A stretch of DNA of 64,000 nt. It comes from Callorhinchus milii. Its lineage: Eukaryota. A program made the translations under genes and the position numbers. Location of the stretch: positions 37,884,001-37,948,000 of the forward strand of contig NW_024704743.1 of NCBI RefSeq assembly GCF_018977255.1, read 5' to 3'. The notes under the pieces are model-generated. The model did no database searches. It was not told the origin of the DNA and saw nothing but the letters and a program-made list of their open reading frames with translations. Below, piece by piece: positions 1 to 13,135 of the stretch; position 1 is the first letter of the stretch; the number at the start of each line of letters is the position of its first letter.

Positions 1-227
1 CACACACCATCTACCATGAATGATAGGCATATCTCACAGCTCTAGAGGACAACAGACTCGAGAACAACAACAACAACAAAATTACATTTGTATAGCGCCT
101 TATGGGACGTTGCTGTGTGCAAATTGGCTGCCATGTTTGCATACAAATGCAGTCACCACAATTCACAACACCTGGTGAAGCACTATATGAAGTGGAAGGA
201 GTATTTGTTTTACATTGCCGTAGGAGG

Positions 228-520
228 CAACAACAACAACAACAAAATTAAATTTGTATAGCGCCTTTCACGTTAGGAAGACGTCCCAAGGTGCTAGACA
301 ATCAGTGTTTCGGACCTGAGCTGGTGGTCGGGATTGGGGAGGGTGGAGGGCAGGGGGGAAAGAGGGAAACCAAAAGCATCGTCAAAGAAGAGGGTCTTGA
401 GACAGTTGTTGAAGGGAGGCAAGGGTGGGGGCGAGGCAGCGGGACTTGCGGGATGGAGTTCCAGAACATGGGGGCAGAGTGACAGAAGGACCACACACCA
501 ACGGTGGGGAGATGAAGTGG
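228..520 (-). mobile_element. L2 LINE 3' fragment
   Basis: (CAA)n tail, stem-loop and FWNSIP...LKTLFFD coding remnant. Confidence 0.85.
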
Positions 521-627
521 GGGACGTGAAGCTGAGCTTAGGGGCGGGCAGATTGGTAGGGGGTTAGCAGAGGTGAAGGAAAGAGGCAGAGAAATTCAAG
601 ATGAGAACAGTTTCTCATAACTCTTAC

Positions 628-692
628 CTATTTTAACAAGGTTATTTTTTAAGAAGATGTTGCTGCTTTTTAGATCTCTGTGAAGTACCCTC
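628..692 (-). CDS. NEK11: NEK11 coding exon 4 (catalytic loop); gene continues beyond window start
   Basis: 65 nt, G+RVLHRDLKSSNIFLKNNLVKI+G, with the HRDLKxxN motif. Pyrimidine tract plus TAG acceptor and GTAAGA donor. Phase fits AG|G=Arg. Too short for the ORF track. Confidence 0.94.
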
Positions 693-807
693 CTATAAAA
701 AGGAAAAAAATACTTTATTAAAAAAACACCATATTTACTTGTTTCATCAATTTACAGCAAAGTAAATGGTTTGTGGTAACTTTAAAACAAAGATATTCAG
801 GTTATAA

Positions 808-1475
808 TGTCCTTTCAACTGTCCTTTCTACCCCACATCCTTGACATGACCCGCTCTGCCTTCCCCCACCTCCGCAACATCACTGAGCTCCACCACTGCC
901 TCACCCCTCAGACCGCCAAAATCCTCATCCAAACATCCAGGCTCGACTACATCAACTCTCTGCGTTTCGGCCTTCCTAACTCTTCCCTCCACAAGGTGCA
1001 GATGATCCAGGACTCTGCAGCTCATGTCCTCTGCTGCACCAGGCTCCGTGACCCCCACCTTCACCTGGTTCCACTGGCTCCCCATCCCCCAGAGGATAGA
1101 GTTTAAAATCTTCGTCCTCGCCTTCAATGCCCTCCACTTCCTTGCTCCTTCCTACCCCTGTGACCTGATAACCCCATACCAACCTGTCCGCTCCATCCGC
1201 TCAGCAGGCTTCAGCCTGTTCCACGGCCCCTGACCAGCCTGCCCCACCATCGGCGGTCGAGCCTTCAGGCTCTCTGCCCCCATCCTATGAAATTCCATCC
1301 CACATTCCCTTCACTTTGCTCCCTCCCTTGCCTCCTTCAAGGCACATCCTACCCTCCCTGCTCTCTACCCTCCCTGATCCCAACACCCCAGCTCAGGTCC
1401 AAATTGCTGACAATCCATCATCTTGGGATGTCCTCCCGACATAAAAGGCGCTATACAAATGTAAATACTGTAAAT
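808..1475 (+). mobile_element. L2 LINE 3' fragment
   Basis: SRLDYINS and HWLPIPQRIEFKI motifs; tail gggatgtcctcccgacataaaaggcgctatacaaatgtaa. Confidence 0.9.
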
Positions 1476-2405
1476 ACTGTAGATGTGTTTTCTCAAAGTT
1501 GATGTAGCGAAGGAATGTAAACAGTACACACGAAGGTTATAATGAACAAATGCTTCTTTCTCCTAATTAAGCTTCCTCATCTGCTTGTTTTGAAGAGAAA
1601 GCTGCAAGCCCTCGACTGGATATGATGTAGGATAATTACTTTAATCAGTGCCACATTCAGCTGTCACTGTTAACTGCTTCTTTAAATGATAATGAGTTAG
1701 ACAGTAAGCAAAAAAAAACCTGGTCTCAGATTGCTGACCATATCTGCAAATGGACACACACATTCCTTTTCTGTCTCTTTTTCTCTCTGGCAGGGAGGGA
1801 GACACAAAGTAATAATAAATAATAATCCTGGCATTTGATCCCCACCCCACCCCCACCCAACAGTTCTTAAAAAGAAGCAGCTTCCAAATTAAAGGCATAA
1901 TATGTGGATGAACAACTACACTGTAGGTTGAGAATGATCACAGATTATTTGGGTGTTCGCCAGCAAAGCTAGGCAATTACTGGGACCAATGTCACAGCAG
2001 ATACAAAAATGTCAAGGGTCGAACACAGACAATAAGGGAACAATAAACAGTTTGACATATTATAAATTATGAAATCACCACAGGATATTTGGTAAATGAA
2101 TTGAAGAGGAACTAAATATAGCAACCGCAAACAAGAAATTGTTCAACAGAGATTAGAACTTGTATTAGAGTCAATGCACTACTCTGTAGCTTTCAAAACA
2201 TAAGCAATTAATAAGCCTAGTTGGATCCAGTATGAAACTATGATGTTTGGATAGTCCTGTGCCTTCGGACATCAGGTACAGTAATGCTGCCATTAAAGTA
2301 AGGCCACAAGATAAATTGGTCCTCTTATGTTCAGTATAATTGATGGTAATTTCACACAATATTAATGGTTGCAAACAATTTGGTTCAGATGAACAGCAGA
2401 TGTAC

Positions 2406-2524
2406 CTTTCGTGCATATACTGGGCTCCCAGCAGTAACTGTATAAACCACTCAAGGATCTGACTTTCAGAGAACGAGTTACCAGCTCCTTTATACTCCTC
2501 AATTTTACATTGTAGATCTTGACC
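2406..2524 (-). CDS. NEK11: NEK11 coding exon 3
   Basis: 119 nt, GQDLQCKIEEYKGAGNSFSESQILEWFIQLLLGAQYMHE+AG. Acceptor tttttcag and GT donor. Phase-0 join with the preceding exon. Confidence 0.95.
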
Positions 2525-2599
2525 CTGAAAAACACAAAACATAATTTGATAAATGGAACTTATACTAAAGAAGTACTTCCACTGAGTTTATAAATTGGA

Positions 2600-2950
2600 T
2601 CATTCACAAGAAGAGTTTGGATGAAGACGGCCATCGTCTCCACGATCTATTCTCGTCCCTCCAGAATAGAATGCCCAAACTAGTATCAACCACCACAGCA
2701 TCAAGTTGCCTTTGAAATGAGTTCTGACCTCAACCATCCTTCCTGGCAACTTGTTCCAGTCGTTAATTGCCTTCTGTATAAAGAAAACCTTCCACAACTC
2801 TAAACCTATGTCCTCTTGTTCGTGTGTCCTGGCGCATCCTAAAATATTAAACCGGGTTTACTTTCTCAATCTTATTTAAAATTTTATACACCTCTACGAG
2901 GTCCCCTTTTGAGTCATCTCCTCTCAAGACTGAAGAGCCCCAGCTTGCCT
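2600..2950 (-). mobile_element. Older CR1 LINE 3' fragment
   Basis: FFIQKAINDWNKLP remnant typical of the CR1 ORF2 C-terminus; related to 18735-19078. Confidence 0.7.
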
Positions 2951-4281
2951 AATGATGTTCATACCAACAGTACCTAAAGAATTCAAGCAAGTGAAAATCT
3001 GGTAACTTTTATCTCACAGAGCGCAGCTTCAGATTCTCATCTTTGGGAAAGCTTTGCAATCTACAAGAAACAGTTGTTACCTGGTGACTCTTCATGCCTG
3101 TGAAGGTGACAACAGAACCTGACAATAAACTAAACAGATGCCACGGAGTTTGCTGGCTGCCAAGATTTCTGGTCAGTCCAGTATGACTGACAGGGAACAA
3201 TGTGCTTTAGGCATCACTAACCTGTCCAAACCTCCAGCAATAGAGGAAGTCCTGCAGCTTGAAAAATAAGTTACACAGCATGACCTAGACCTGGATTTCA
3301 GAATTGGTATGATTTAAATTAATTCTCAAGTTGATTCTTAAATCAATATGCACCTACTTTATCTTAACATCCCACTTGTCTCTCTGCTCAATGGAAAACA
3401 AATGGCTGGAGGGGGGAAGGGGTTAAAACAAGTTTGTGGGGTCCACAATTGCATGCATGTAGACAATCTTTACAAAAACCTTTAGTGAAGGATCCTGAGC
3501 CCATTTTCATGCTAGGAAGTGACATTTTAAGCTCCAGTTCATAAAGTATTAGAGACCAAGAATCAAAAACTGACAGATGTAGAGACCTGTTTGTATTCCA
3601 AGCTTTATTACTGTTGGATAAGCACTGAATTCTCAGCCTCTATTTGACTCCATTTCAATGACTCAATCTACAAATACAGCTGCGCTCTGTGCAGTTTCTC
3701 AGAGGCTTTGTTGTCCTTCAACCTCTCTCTGGTCAGAAGTTTCTGCAAGAAGTGCTGTGTAAATTGGGGATTCAACACCTTAAGTAGGAAGCAAATCACA
3801 TTTGAAATGTGAAAATTTTAAATGAAATTCAACAGCAATTCGATCCACATCACCGAAGGTCTTTTAAAAGTTTGGGGCTGTGACTTGGACTAACCAGGAA
3901 TTTCCAAGAGACTGATTTTAATATTATTAACGAGAAAGTACCAAGTCCATTTTTTAAACAACATTAAAAGCCTGATGGTTGTTTTAAAAATTCACCCATG
4001 AACTCTCTCACATGGAGAATCTTGAAATTGGCTGTTAACTGTTTAAATTCAACGAGGAATGGGAAACATAGTTTCCAGCAGTACAAATAAGGGATTAGAT
4101 TCCATTTATTGAATGGATAGCATGAAATTCAAGAATGTCTGAGGTCCGAGCCTTCAGGTTTTCATCACCTATTCAGAGTTCGCTGGAGATGTGACAGAGC
4201 ACAGAACACAGAGAGTAGAGAGATGTCTGCAGGAAGCTCTCAGGGTATGGAGGCTTAATTCTAGGGAAAAGGTTTTCCTTC

Positions 4282-4471
4282 GAGGTTGTGAATAAAACTC
4301 AAGGCTGAGACTGATAGATTTTTAAAAAATAGAGGGATTAGGGGATATGGAGATAGGACAGGTAATTAGAGTTAGGTCAGAAGATCAGCCATGATCTTAT
4401 TGAATGGCGGGGCAGGCTCGAGGGGCCGAATATCCTACTCCTGCTCCTAATTCTTATGTTCTTATGTTCTT
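4282..4471 (+). mobile_element. CR1 LINE 3' end (shark HER1-like)
   Basis: gatcagccatgatcttattgaatggcggggcaggctcgaggggccgaa...(ttcttatg)n tail. Confidence 0.85.
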
Positions 4472-4874
4472 AAAATGGGTTATGTTGGGCGAGCTAGTTT
4501 TTTTGTTGGTCTGACCTTAGATTTGCAGTGAATTCATCGATGACGGCAATGGCAGATTTCCCTCCAGACTATAAATGTTGCTACCACACCAGTTATTTGA
4601 GAATCACAGACGGTCATTTCCTGCATCTGGAAAGACCATATTGTGCATGGTACCAAGGGAGAAGTGGAAAGAGATTTTTCTTTGTTTTTAAATAATTTGC
4701 AGTTGTTGTATGAACATCTTTTGCTGCACCATAAACAATCACTCAGTGAGCTGAGATGTTTAGCTGTTCAGTGCCCCAGGATTACAGCACTATAACTGAA
4801 TAATATGCTGCAATCACATTAGATGTTGCAGTATTTTTTAAAAAAAGTAATAATAATCTTTTCATTTGATTTGT

Positions 4875-5232
4875 GGAGTCCCATAGCATTGTGGTTAGCA
4901 AGAGGACTCGGGTTCGATTCCCTGGTGGGGAGAAACGTTAGGTAAGTTTCCTTACTCCACTTTTCTCTGTTTACTTAGTAGTAAGTAGGAACGCAGTTGT
5001 TAGTCGATTAGCGGTTCATTTTCCTGGGGTAATAATACCTTCAACAAAAATAAATAAAATAATTTGTTCATTCAATCCACAACTGTTGGTGGAACTCAAC
5101 TGTGCGCAATTGGCTACTGTGTTTCGCCCACAAAATAGACAGTCAATTCACTTTACAACATATTCTGTGAAGTGCTTTGAAATGTTTCAACGATTGATAA
5201 GATGCTGTGTCAATTGCAAAGATTATTATTAT
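4875..5232 (+). mobile_element. tRNA-Ala-derived SINE
   Basis: Collinear with the copies at 36779-37095 and 29503-29927. Confidence 0.88.
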
Positions 5233-7969
5233 GTTTCATATCGGGAGGATGTCTTGAAGTGGGATTTACTGTAAAGTTCAGTGTATTTAGTAACATGATA
5301 AGAGAGAACAAAGAAAGCAAAATTAAAACCTTGGAAAAACAAATAAAAAAACGTAGAAGACAATAGTAGAAGACAGCCATGCAAGGGAATTGATGCTGCA
5401 GGGAGGTCATGCATGATCTTTTCAGCTCTGTTGAGGTGACTTTGATTGCAGCTTGATTGACAGGATTATTCTTTTTTCTCTTAACTTCTTGTCACAGGTC
5501 CAACATGAAACGCGATTAAGCAGTTTCATCATAGCTCTAAGTGCCTAAATCCACAGGACACATCTCCTTACAATTCAACAATAATTTGGCATATTCACTT
5601 AGAAGCGCCACAAGCATGTTTTGTGTGGAAAAATGGAAAATGTCATACTGGTGTTATAAAGAGACTTAACGCCAGTGGAGATGTACTACTCATCTGACTT
5701 GTGTCTGAAAAGAAAATTTACGTTCAAACATTGTTCCTTGCCCAGCATTAATATTCCTCATCCAACTAATGTGCACAAAATTTCAAAGTGAAAAATAATT
5801 GTGTGTGTATGAGTAGGTGAATTTCCTAAGATGGTAAATTAACAATGAACAATTCACTGCAGTTTTGCAGTACCCAGCAGCTCTGCTCTGAGGCTCATAA
5901 TATGCACCTGATCCACTAAAATAAATGGTAACAGTTGGAATCCCATTTTTTTCTGCCTGGAATGCACCCATTAGAGCAGCAAAGCAAGAGGAATGACCTA
6001 TAGATCCTATGAAACAAGAGGATTTCTCACTGCAGGTATCTTTCTCCAGACTGGGCTTAGTATTTCAAATAAAAAATGAACACTCTGGACTTTCCTTCCC
6101 CTTTAAGCAGAGAATGCTAGACCTGACCACCTAATGACTATTTACTATACTCGAGATTTTTTCATATTCTTTTTTTAAAAAACATTCCATCTTCACTCCC
6201 TGTGATTTTTTTTAAAAAGGAGATACCACAGATGATTCTTTCCAAAAAAAAAGGCTATTTTTGCAACTTTAAAAAACACAGATGAAACAGTGGTGCAGAC
6301 ACAGTGGGCTGACAAGGTCTCCTCCTATGATAAAAATGACCTTTTATAATTTCTTCTAAAATTATGCACGGTGATTTTTGCAGGAGAAAATATTGGAATG
6401 CACAGGGATGGAAAAGATCATTGTGGTCCGTCTGGCTGGTCCAACACTTTTCACATGAATATAATGCTTATAGAATCCCCACTTATTTTAGTTCAAAATT
6501 ATACTTGGAATCACAATTAGAAAAGTCCCCCTCACCCCCCACTGTAGAGTAATGATACAAAACATTGCTTCAGTAAAATTAGGTTTGAGGTCATTGGTCT
6601 CCTTAGCTCCTTGAGTTGAATAAAACATGGTGCCAATCAATGTTAGTCAATGACAGAGCTGAACTAAGATGCTACCCTAAGCACATCCTCAAGACTATCG
6701 TTGATGGATGAATTGCATGCAGCTTTAACTCTGAAATATGCAAAACTCCTGACAGACCGAGTTATCAAACATTATCAAAGAAAAGACATCCCATCAAACA
6801 GCATAATGTAAAAAATATAAAGAGGCACAGTTCTCCTTATCAAACAAAACACTCAAAAATAAACATCTCCCATTTGTTCTCTTGCTCCAACAACATCTTC
6901 TCCTTCAGCCAGCTCACACGTGACTAAAAGACTAAAAGGACAGCTGAACTTCTACAACTCACTCATTACTTCCATTATATTACTCATTATGAGAATATAA
7001 CCATCAAAAAGACTCAGTGTTTCTGCCCTCCATCCCCCCAGCAATCAATATACACACTTATTTTTAAAAACATTTGCAATTATTTTCACTGTGATTGACA
7101 ATTCAAAGCTCCATGCAATTACCCAGCGATGCAATGAGATGCAAATAATATTCTGCATACAATATTTATTCACAATCCACATGTTCACAAGGGAAAGTGG
7201 TAAAATAGATAAAGGAAACAAAGGATGTAAAAGAGCGATTCCCAGGACTGAGGGCTTCATTGCTTGTAGATTCAACACTGGGGAGTAATTAGGGTTCACA
7301 GTAAAGACAAACGTATAATGTATAATAATAATCTTTGATATGACACCTATGTCACCCAAAACATCTCAAAGCACTTCATATGCTGTAGAGTGGAGTGACT
7401 TAGTGTATTTTTTGTGTATGAACATTGAACATGTTTTTCCAGACAGTCAAAGAAACACTGAACCCAGGACTTCACAACATCTTGCACAAGTGCATCCAAT
7501 TAATAGTTTGCACCTGTGAATGAAATCGGAGGTTAGGACTGGGAATCCCTCCCCTCAAAAAGACACTTATTTTCTTCCCTCATTCATGCTCGCTCTCGTG
7601 CCTATCCACCTTTTCCTGTAAACCTGCATCCTCTCCATTTGCATTCCTACTAAACCTCGTGGCAAAATGGTTTTGAATGTACAGCTAGAGGCAGAATCCA
7701 TATGGAATTAGTTGCGGTTTAGACAATTACTAAGGAAAGACATGCGGCTGTGAAAACGGGTTTAAGGGGTCACATAATCAAACACAAGATAAATAATCCA
7801 TTAGATAAATAAAGCGAAGGTGATATTGAATGTTTGCATGCCTTAAAATCGATTTTAAAATCTTACGAAAAAAAACATTCACACTCCAGCACCCCATCAT
7901 CCTCAATCCATCATATATTATTTTGTTTGAGGGTTTTTTTCCCTCCAGTCTTTTCCATTAAAATAGGAA

Positions 7970-8395
7970 ATAATCCTTACATTTGGTATAGTGCCATATC
8001 AAATGAAAATGGCTCAAAGCAATTCAGAGTTTGTTCTATAAAGTGCAGTGTGTGTAGATTGTGCATTTTGTAGTCGAATGCAGCAGCCTATTTGCACACA
8101 GCAACGTCCCCCATGAAGTCTCAATTTTTTGTCCAATTTTATCTAGATGATTGTCAGTCTGGACACAGGGGAAACTCCCTTCTCTGAATATACCGATTTG
8201 CACCTTGGTTTAACATCTCATTCGAAATATGGTATCTCCGATAATGCACACAATGAGTTAGAGTGTTAATCTAGTGACAAGCCTCACATCAGATTGTGTC
8301 AACCTAGACTGTGAACTCAAAGTCCTGATGTGAGGCTTGAACCCACAACCTTGTGATTTAGAGCCAAGAATGCTACCAACTGAGCCAGGCTGACA
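7970..8395 (-). mobile_element. DeuSINE-like SINE
   Basis: Diverged reverse complement of 15717-16110. Confidence 0.7.
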
Positions 8396-8590
8396 GCTTA
8401 TAAGCTAGTTTACAATGACACCAGAAAGTTATATAAAAAAAAGCACGTCTACAGATGGATTTTGAATAAAATTATGTTTTTGCTCTCTCTGAACTTCACT
8501 TCTGCATGATCAGGGCTGCGGGTATGAGTGAGCTCCCAGCCATATCAACTGAACTGCCTGTAGATATAGGTCACTTTAAAGTTATAGGTT

Positions 8591-8770
8591 ACAACAACAA
8601 CAAGATTGCATTTATAGAGCGCCTTTCACGTCGGGAGGACATCCCAAGGCGCTGTACAGTTGGGTCGGGACCCAAGTAGGGGGGAAATGGTCAGGGTGAG
8701 GGGAGGGAAGGGAGGGAGCGAGGAGGGGGTAGAGAGTCGAGAGGGGAGCTGAAGGCACGGTTGAAGAGAG
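8591..8770 (-). mobile_element. L2 LINE 3' end
   Basis: (CAA)n followed by gcgcctttcacgtcgggaggacatcccaaggcgct. Confidence 0.85.
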
Positions 8771-9034
8771 AGAGAGATTCTTCAACTGGGAGCTCCATTT
8801 CATTGTGATATAACCTTGGGGGGTGGGGGGAGAAAATGGAGAACTATTTGGCAGAAACAAATTCTAAACATAAAAGCCCTTCCGCTAACATTGTATTTTT
8901 AGATGCTTCCAGTTCATATCCCCCAAAGCAATTGATCTCTTATTTTGAGTCTTCCATTATCAAAAAACCCAGTGGTTCTCCCAATTTATTCAGGAAATGA
9001 GAGAAAACCAAAGGTGTCACAATTACTTACTAAA

Positions 9035-9153
9035 CACGTAAACAGAGGCGTGTGGAGTGAGGTATCTTACATAACGTTTCACCCTGCCCAGGTATCGAAC
9101 CCGGGTTCTCTTGCTTGTGAAGCGAGTGCTCTAACCACTAAGCTACAGGACTC
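9035..9153 (-). mobile_element. tRNA-Ala SINE 5' part
   Basis: Reverse-complement head with A and B boxes. Confidence 0.8.
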
Positions 9154-10164
9154 TGATAACTCCAATACAACTCTACGTTTTCTGGCAGTGTGGTTCCGGG
9201 TACGGTAACACTTTCCTGAAGGAAGCAACTCTGATATTTTGTGACTCCAATTAATAGTAACCAGATATCACATGTTGAAATATTCCTTTTCCCTAAGAAC
9301 AGTGTAGCGTAATTATATTCAAGCGAAATTAATGTTGTTTTGTACTTGTCCATTTCTCGAATTATTTGTGTATCCATGCTGCTTAAAGAGAAAATAACTC
9401 ACTGGAGCATTCATTCTGTTTGCGGATTCATTTACATCTCCATACGTTTCACTGTGATCTGTCATGCAGCTTTGTGGAGGGGAACTAAACTAAAAAGTTG
9501 GGAGTCACAAACATGCCTGAGGCATTGAAACCCCTAGATGAATATAATTATATTAAGACCGTTCATTATTAAATTCCACAGCTGCCTAGTGCTTGCAGTA
9601 TTCAAAGCTTTGCCTGAGTCTTACAGTAAGCCTCATTAGAAGCACGATATGAACATCAAAACACTCAAATGCATCCTAAAATTATCACTGTAGAATTTAA
9701 CATTTATAAGTTACTCCTACAGAGTTGCTGCAGAGCTAAAACGCTCCTGGACGCTACCCCGAGCAAAGGGCGCTGTATAAATGCATATTGTTGTTGCAGC
9801 AAAGACAATTACTGGTATTAAGGAGAAAAAAAATGACTATCTGCCAACTTTTTAAAAATATAAATTGCAAATACGACTTGTGAATTGTCATTAAAAACAT
9901 CATCAGTTTCATGTAGGTAACTTTCATGTCTTTCCTTGAATATGGTTTCACAATACTTTCCAGATAGCAATGAATCAGTAAAATAATTAAGCTTGTGTAC
10001 AACCATCCACCCTTGCATATGGAAATCTGGTCTGGTGAAGGAAAAGCAGATTTATGGATAAATTCTACAACAAGTTACAAATTGTTAAGGAATTAACTGG
10101 CAACAACGGAAAATAAATTGCTTCATTAAAGTAATGGAAGAATCCCACTGATATTCTCACCACT

Positions 10165-10535
10165 GAGTCAGAAGGTTATGGGTCCATCCTCCACGTAGGA
10201 AGTGTGAGCACAGAGTCCAGGCTGACACTCCAACGCAGAGTTGGGGGCTCTGCATTGTCGAAGGTGCTGTCCTTTGGATGAGGTGTTAAACCAAGGTTCC
10301 GTCTGCCTATTCGGGAAGACTTTAAAGATCCCATTGGACTACTCGAAAGGAGAACGGAGTTTCTCCCAGTGTCCTGGCCAACAACGCAGATAAAATTGGT
10401 CATTCACTTTGTGGCCGGTTGAGGGATATTGCTGTGCACAACCTGACTATCAATTACAGAAATAAAGTCACTAAAATTTATGATAAATCCTGTGAAGCCC
10501 TTTGATGCATTTTGACACAGTATTAAGGCACTATA
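10165..10535 (+). mobile_element. DeuSINE-like SINE
   Basis: Collinear with 15717-16110. Confidence 0.75.
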
Positions 10536-12249
10536 AGGATAACTAGGAACAAGTTCCATGAATACAACCTCAAGCACTTCTCACACTGAGCCTAAAGTAC
10601 AACCAGTCTCAGTATTGTATTAAACTATTTTGGACCACAATCTAAATTCAAAATGTTCTAGTGTCTGTTTTTTTATTTGCAATGAAGGGGGGTTAGGAAA
10701 AACAAAAGACAGAATGAGTGGGAGAATTCTGTGCTAAAAACAAACTTGCTTTGAAATGGCACCTGGCACTTTAGGGTTAGTGAAGAGCGAGTTCTGAGTG
10801 AAATGTGCTTTAAGTTTCATTTCACCAAGTTCTATATTTTGGATATCTGCTGTTTCTTAAGATTGATTTAATTCACATCAGTTCACTATTCGAATTTTTG
10901 TCTTCTGAAAAGCGGCCGTGTGTTCCTGGAGAAAGATCGTTCTAAATTGTTTCCTTCAATGCTGTATGAGATCCCATAAATATAACTTACAGTGAAAAAT
11001 TCCTCCCACTTTGAAGTCGAAGCTTTCCCCCAGTGCAAACAATGTAGTTGACAGAATCTTGAATTTTCTTATTATTAATTGAACTCTGTGCCAATTTGAG
11101 CCCAGCGGCACCACTGCATCTTTATAAATGAGTTGCTGCTATTGTACAGATAAAAGATCTATCCCGAATGCAGGTCTTTAATGCTATTTCTTTGGGGAAT
11201 AGTCCTGATAAAATGCAGCTATGGGTTCTTTGCCATGTTCGTGGATGCCTATTTTAAGGTTGATAAAATTCACATGGGAATATGACAATAAGTACAACCA
11301 CTTTTTTTTAAACCTCATAGGTTATTGTTCTAGAGCCATGATGAAAGCAAAGATTGAAAAAAAATCAACTGTTTGTGGGACATTGCTGTGCGCAATTGGC
11401 TGCCGCATTTCGCCCACAAAATATACAGTCAATTCACTTTACAGTGTATTCTGTGAAGCACTTCGAGACATCTTAATGACTTAATAAGGCGGTATATCAA
11501 ATGCAAGAATTGTTATTCTTGCAAAAAGGCCACAATGCACTATCTATGGAGTGGCGTTCCCTAAGTTTGCATTTTAAATGTGCTCTGAAACACATTGTGC
11601 AGCAGGGCCCATTAAATTTAATTAACGGCAGTTAATAATATTTCGGGGCTCTCAAATTAACCACCAACTCGTGGAAATTGCAAGTGGTGCAATCTTTTAA
11701 GAATACCCAGTTTTTTGGATAATTGCCAACTTAAGTGGCACAAAGAAAGGCAGCTTTACCTTAATTGGTGGCTCACAGTCACCCCTGATTATCTGGATGA
11801 TACTTCAAAGTGACAGTTACAAACAGTATAAGTGCTATCACCATGGGTCTCTTTTGCAGCAATTTGTAAAATAAGCAATTCATATCGATTCTGATATGCA
11901 AATAGGAAATCAGGCCAGTAACTCTGCAAAATCCTTGAGCATATAGAACTGTTTCAGTCACAATGGAAGCTTTATCATCTGACTTTTGATAGTAGATTGC
12001 GAAGAGGTAAAGATCTCTATGGACTTGAGGCCTCCAAGTACTACGCTTCACTCTCTGGAGCACTCCGAACATGCCTTGCAGACATTCCATTCCCACCCCT
12101 GCCTTCAAGATGCTCTTTTAAAACAAATCTGACTGTTCCTGTGGTTGATATCCTCATTCGTTCTCCTTTTCTCTCCAATCAGTGATGTTTATCATCTTGC
12201 TAACGCACGTTATCCTAATGCAAAAGGCACCACGTAAGTAATCAGGCAA

Positions 12250-12743
12250 AACTCTGCAGCTCGTGTACTCTCACGCACCAGGCTCCGTGACCCCATCACT
12301 CCCACCCTCGCCCAACTCCACTGGCTCCCCATCCCCCAGAGGATCAAGTTCAAGATACTCGTCCTCACCTTTAAGGCCATCCATGGCCTTGCCCCCTCCT
12401 ATCTCTCTGACCTGCTGACTCCCTACCAACCTGCCCGCTCCCTCCGTTCATCGGACTCCGGTCTGCTCCACGTCTCCCACTCGACCCGCCCTACCATTGA
12501 TGGCCGGGCTTTCAGCCTCTCTGCCCCCACACTCTGGAACTCTTCACCTCGTTTCCTCCCTTGCCTCCTTCAAGGCCGGTCTCAAGACCCTTCTCTTCGA
12601 TCGTGCCTTTGGTCTCCCCCCCACCTCTCTGCCTTCCCTCACCCCTACACCAGCCCTCCCCCATGCTCGGGCCCCGACTGTTCAGCTCTTTGGGACGTCC
12701 TCCCGACGTGAAAGGCGCTCTATAATTGTAATGTTGTTGTTAT
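12250..12743 (+). mobile_element. L2 LINE 3' fragment
   Basis: LHWLPIPQRIKFKIL remnant and canonical tail with TTG repeats. Confidence 0.9.
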
Positions 12744-12794
12744 TTTATAAACCATATATAAACCATTGATTCGTGTTTTTAAAATAATAAAGGG

Positions 12795-13135
12795 ATTTGT
12801 CAGGGTAGATACAGATTAACTATTACCTCTGGTGGAGGAATGCAGAACAAAAGGGCATTATCTTAAAACTAGAGCTACACCATTTAGGAGTGAAATTAGG
12901 AGGCAGTTTTTCACCCACAGTATAGTGGAAATCTGGAACTCTCTCTCCCCGAAAAGGCTGTGGACGCTGGATTCATTCACATCTTCAAGATGGCAGTAGA
13001 TAGATATTTGTTAGTTCAGGGTATTAAGGGATATGGGGTACAGATGGACTTGTGGTACAGATCAGCCATGATCTTATAAAATGGCAGAACAGGCTCGAGG
13101 GGCTGAGTAGCCCACTCCTGTTTCTATGTTTCTAT
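12795..13135 (+). mobile_element. CR1 LINE 3' fragment
   Basis: Same 3' UTR motif plus an upstream ORF2 C-terminal remnant. Confidence 0.8.
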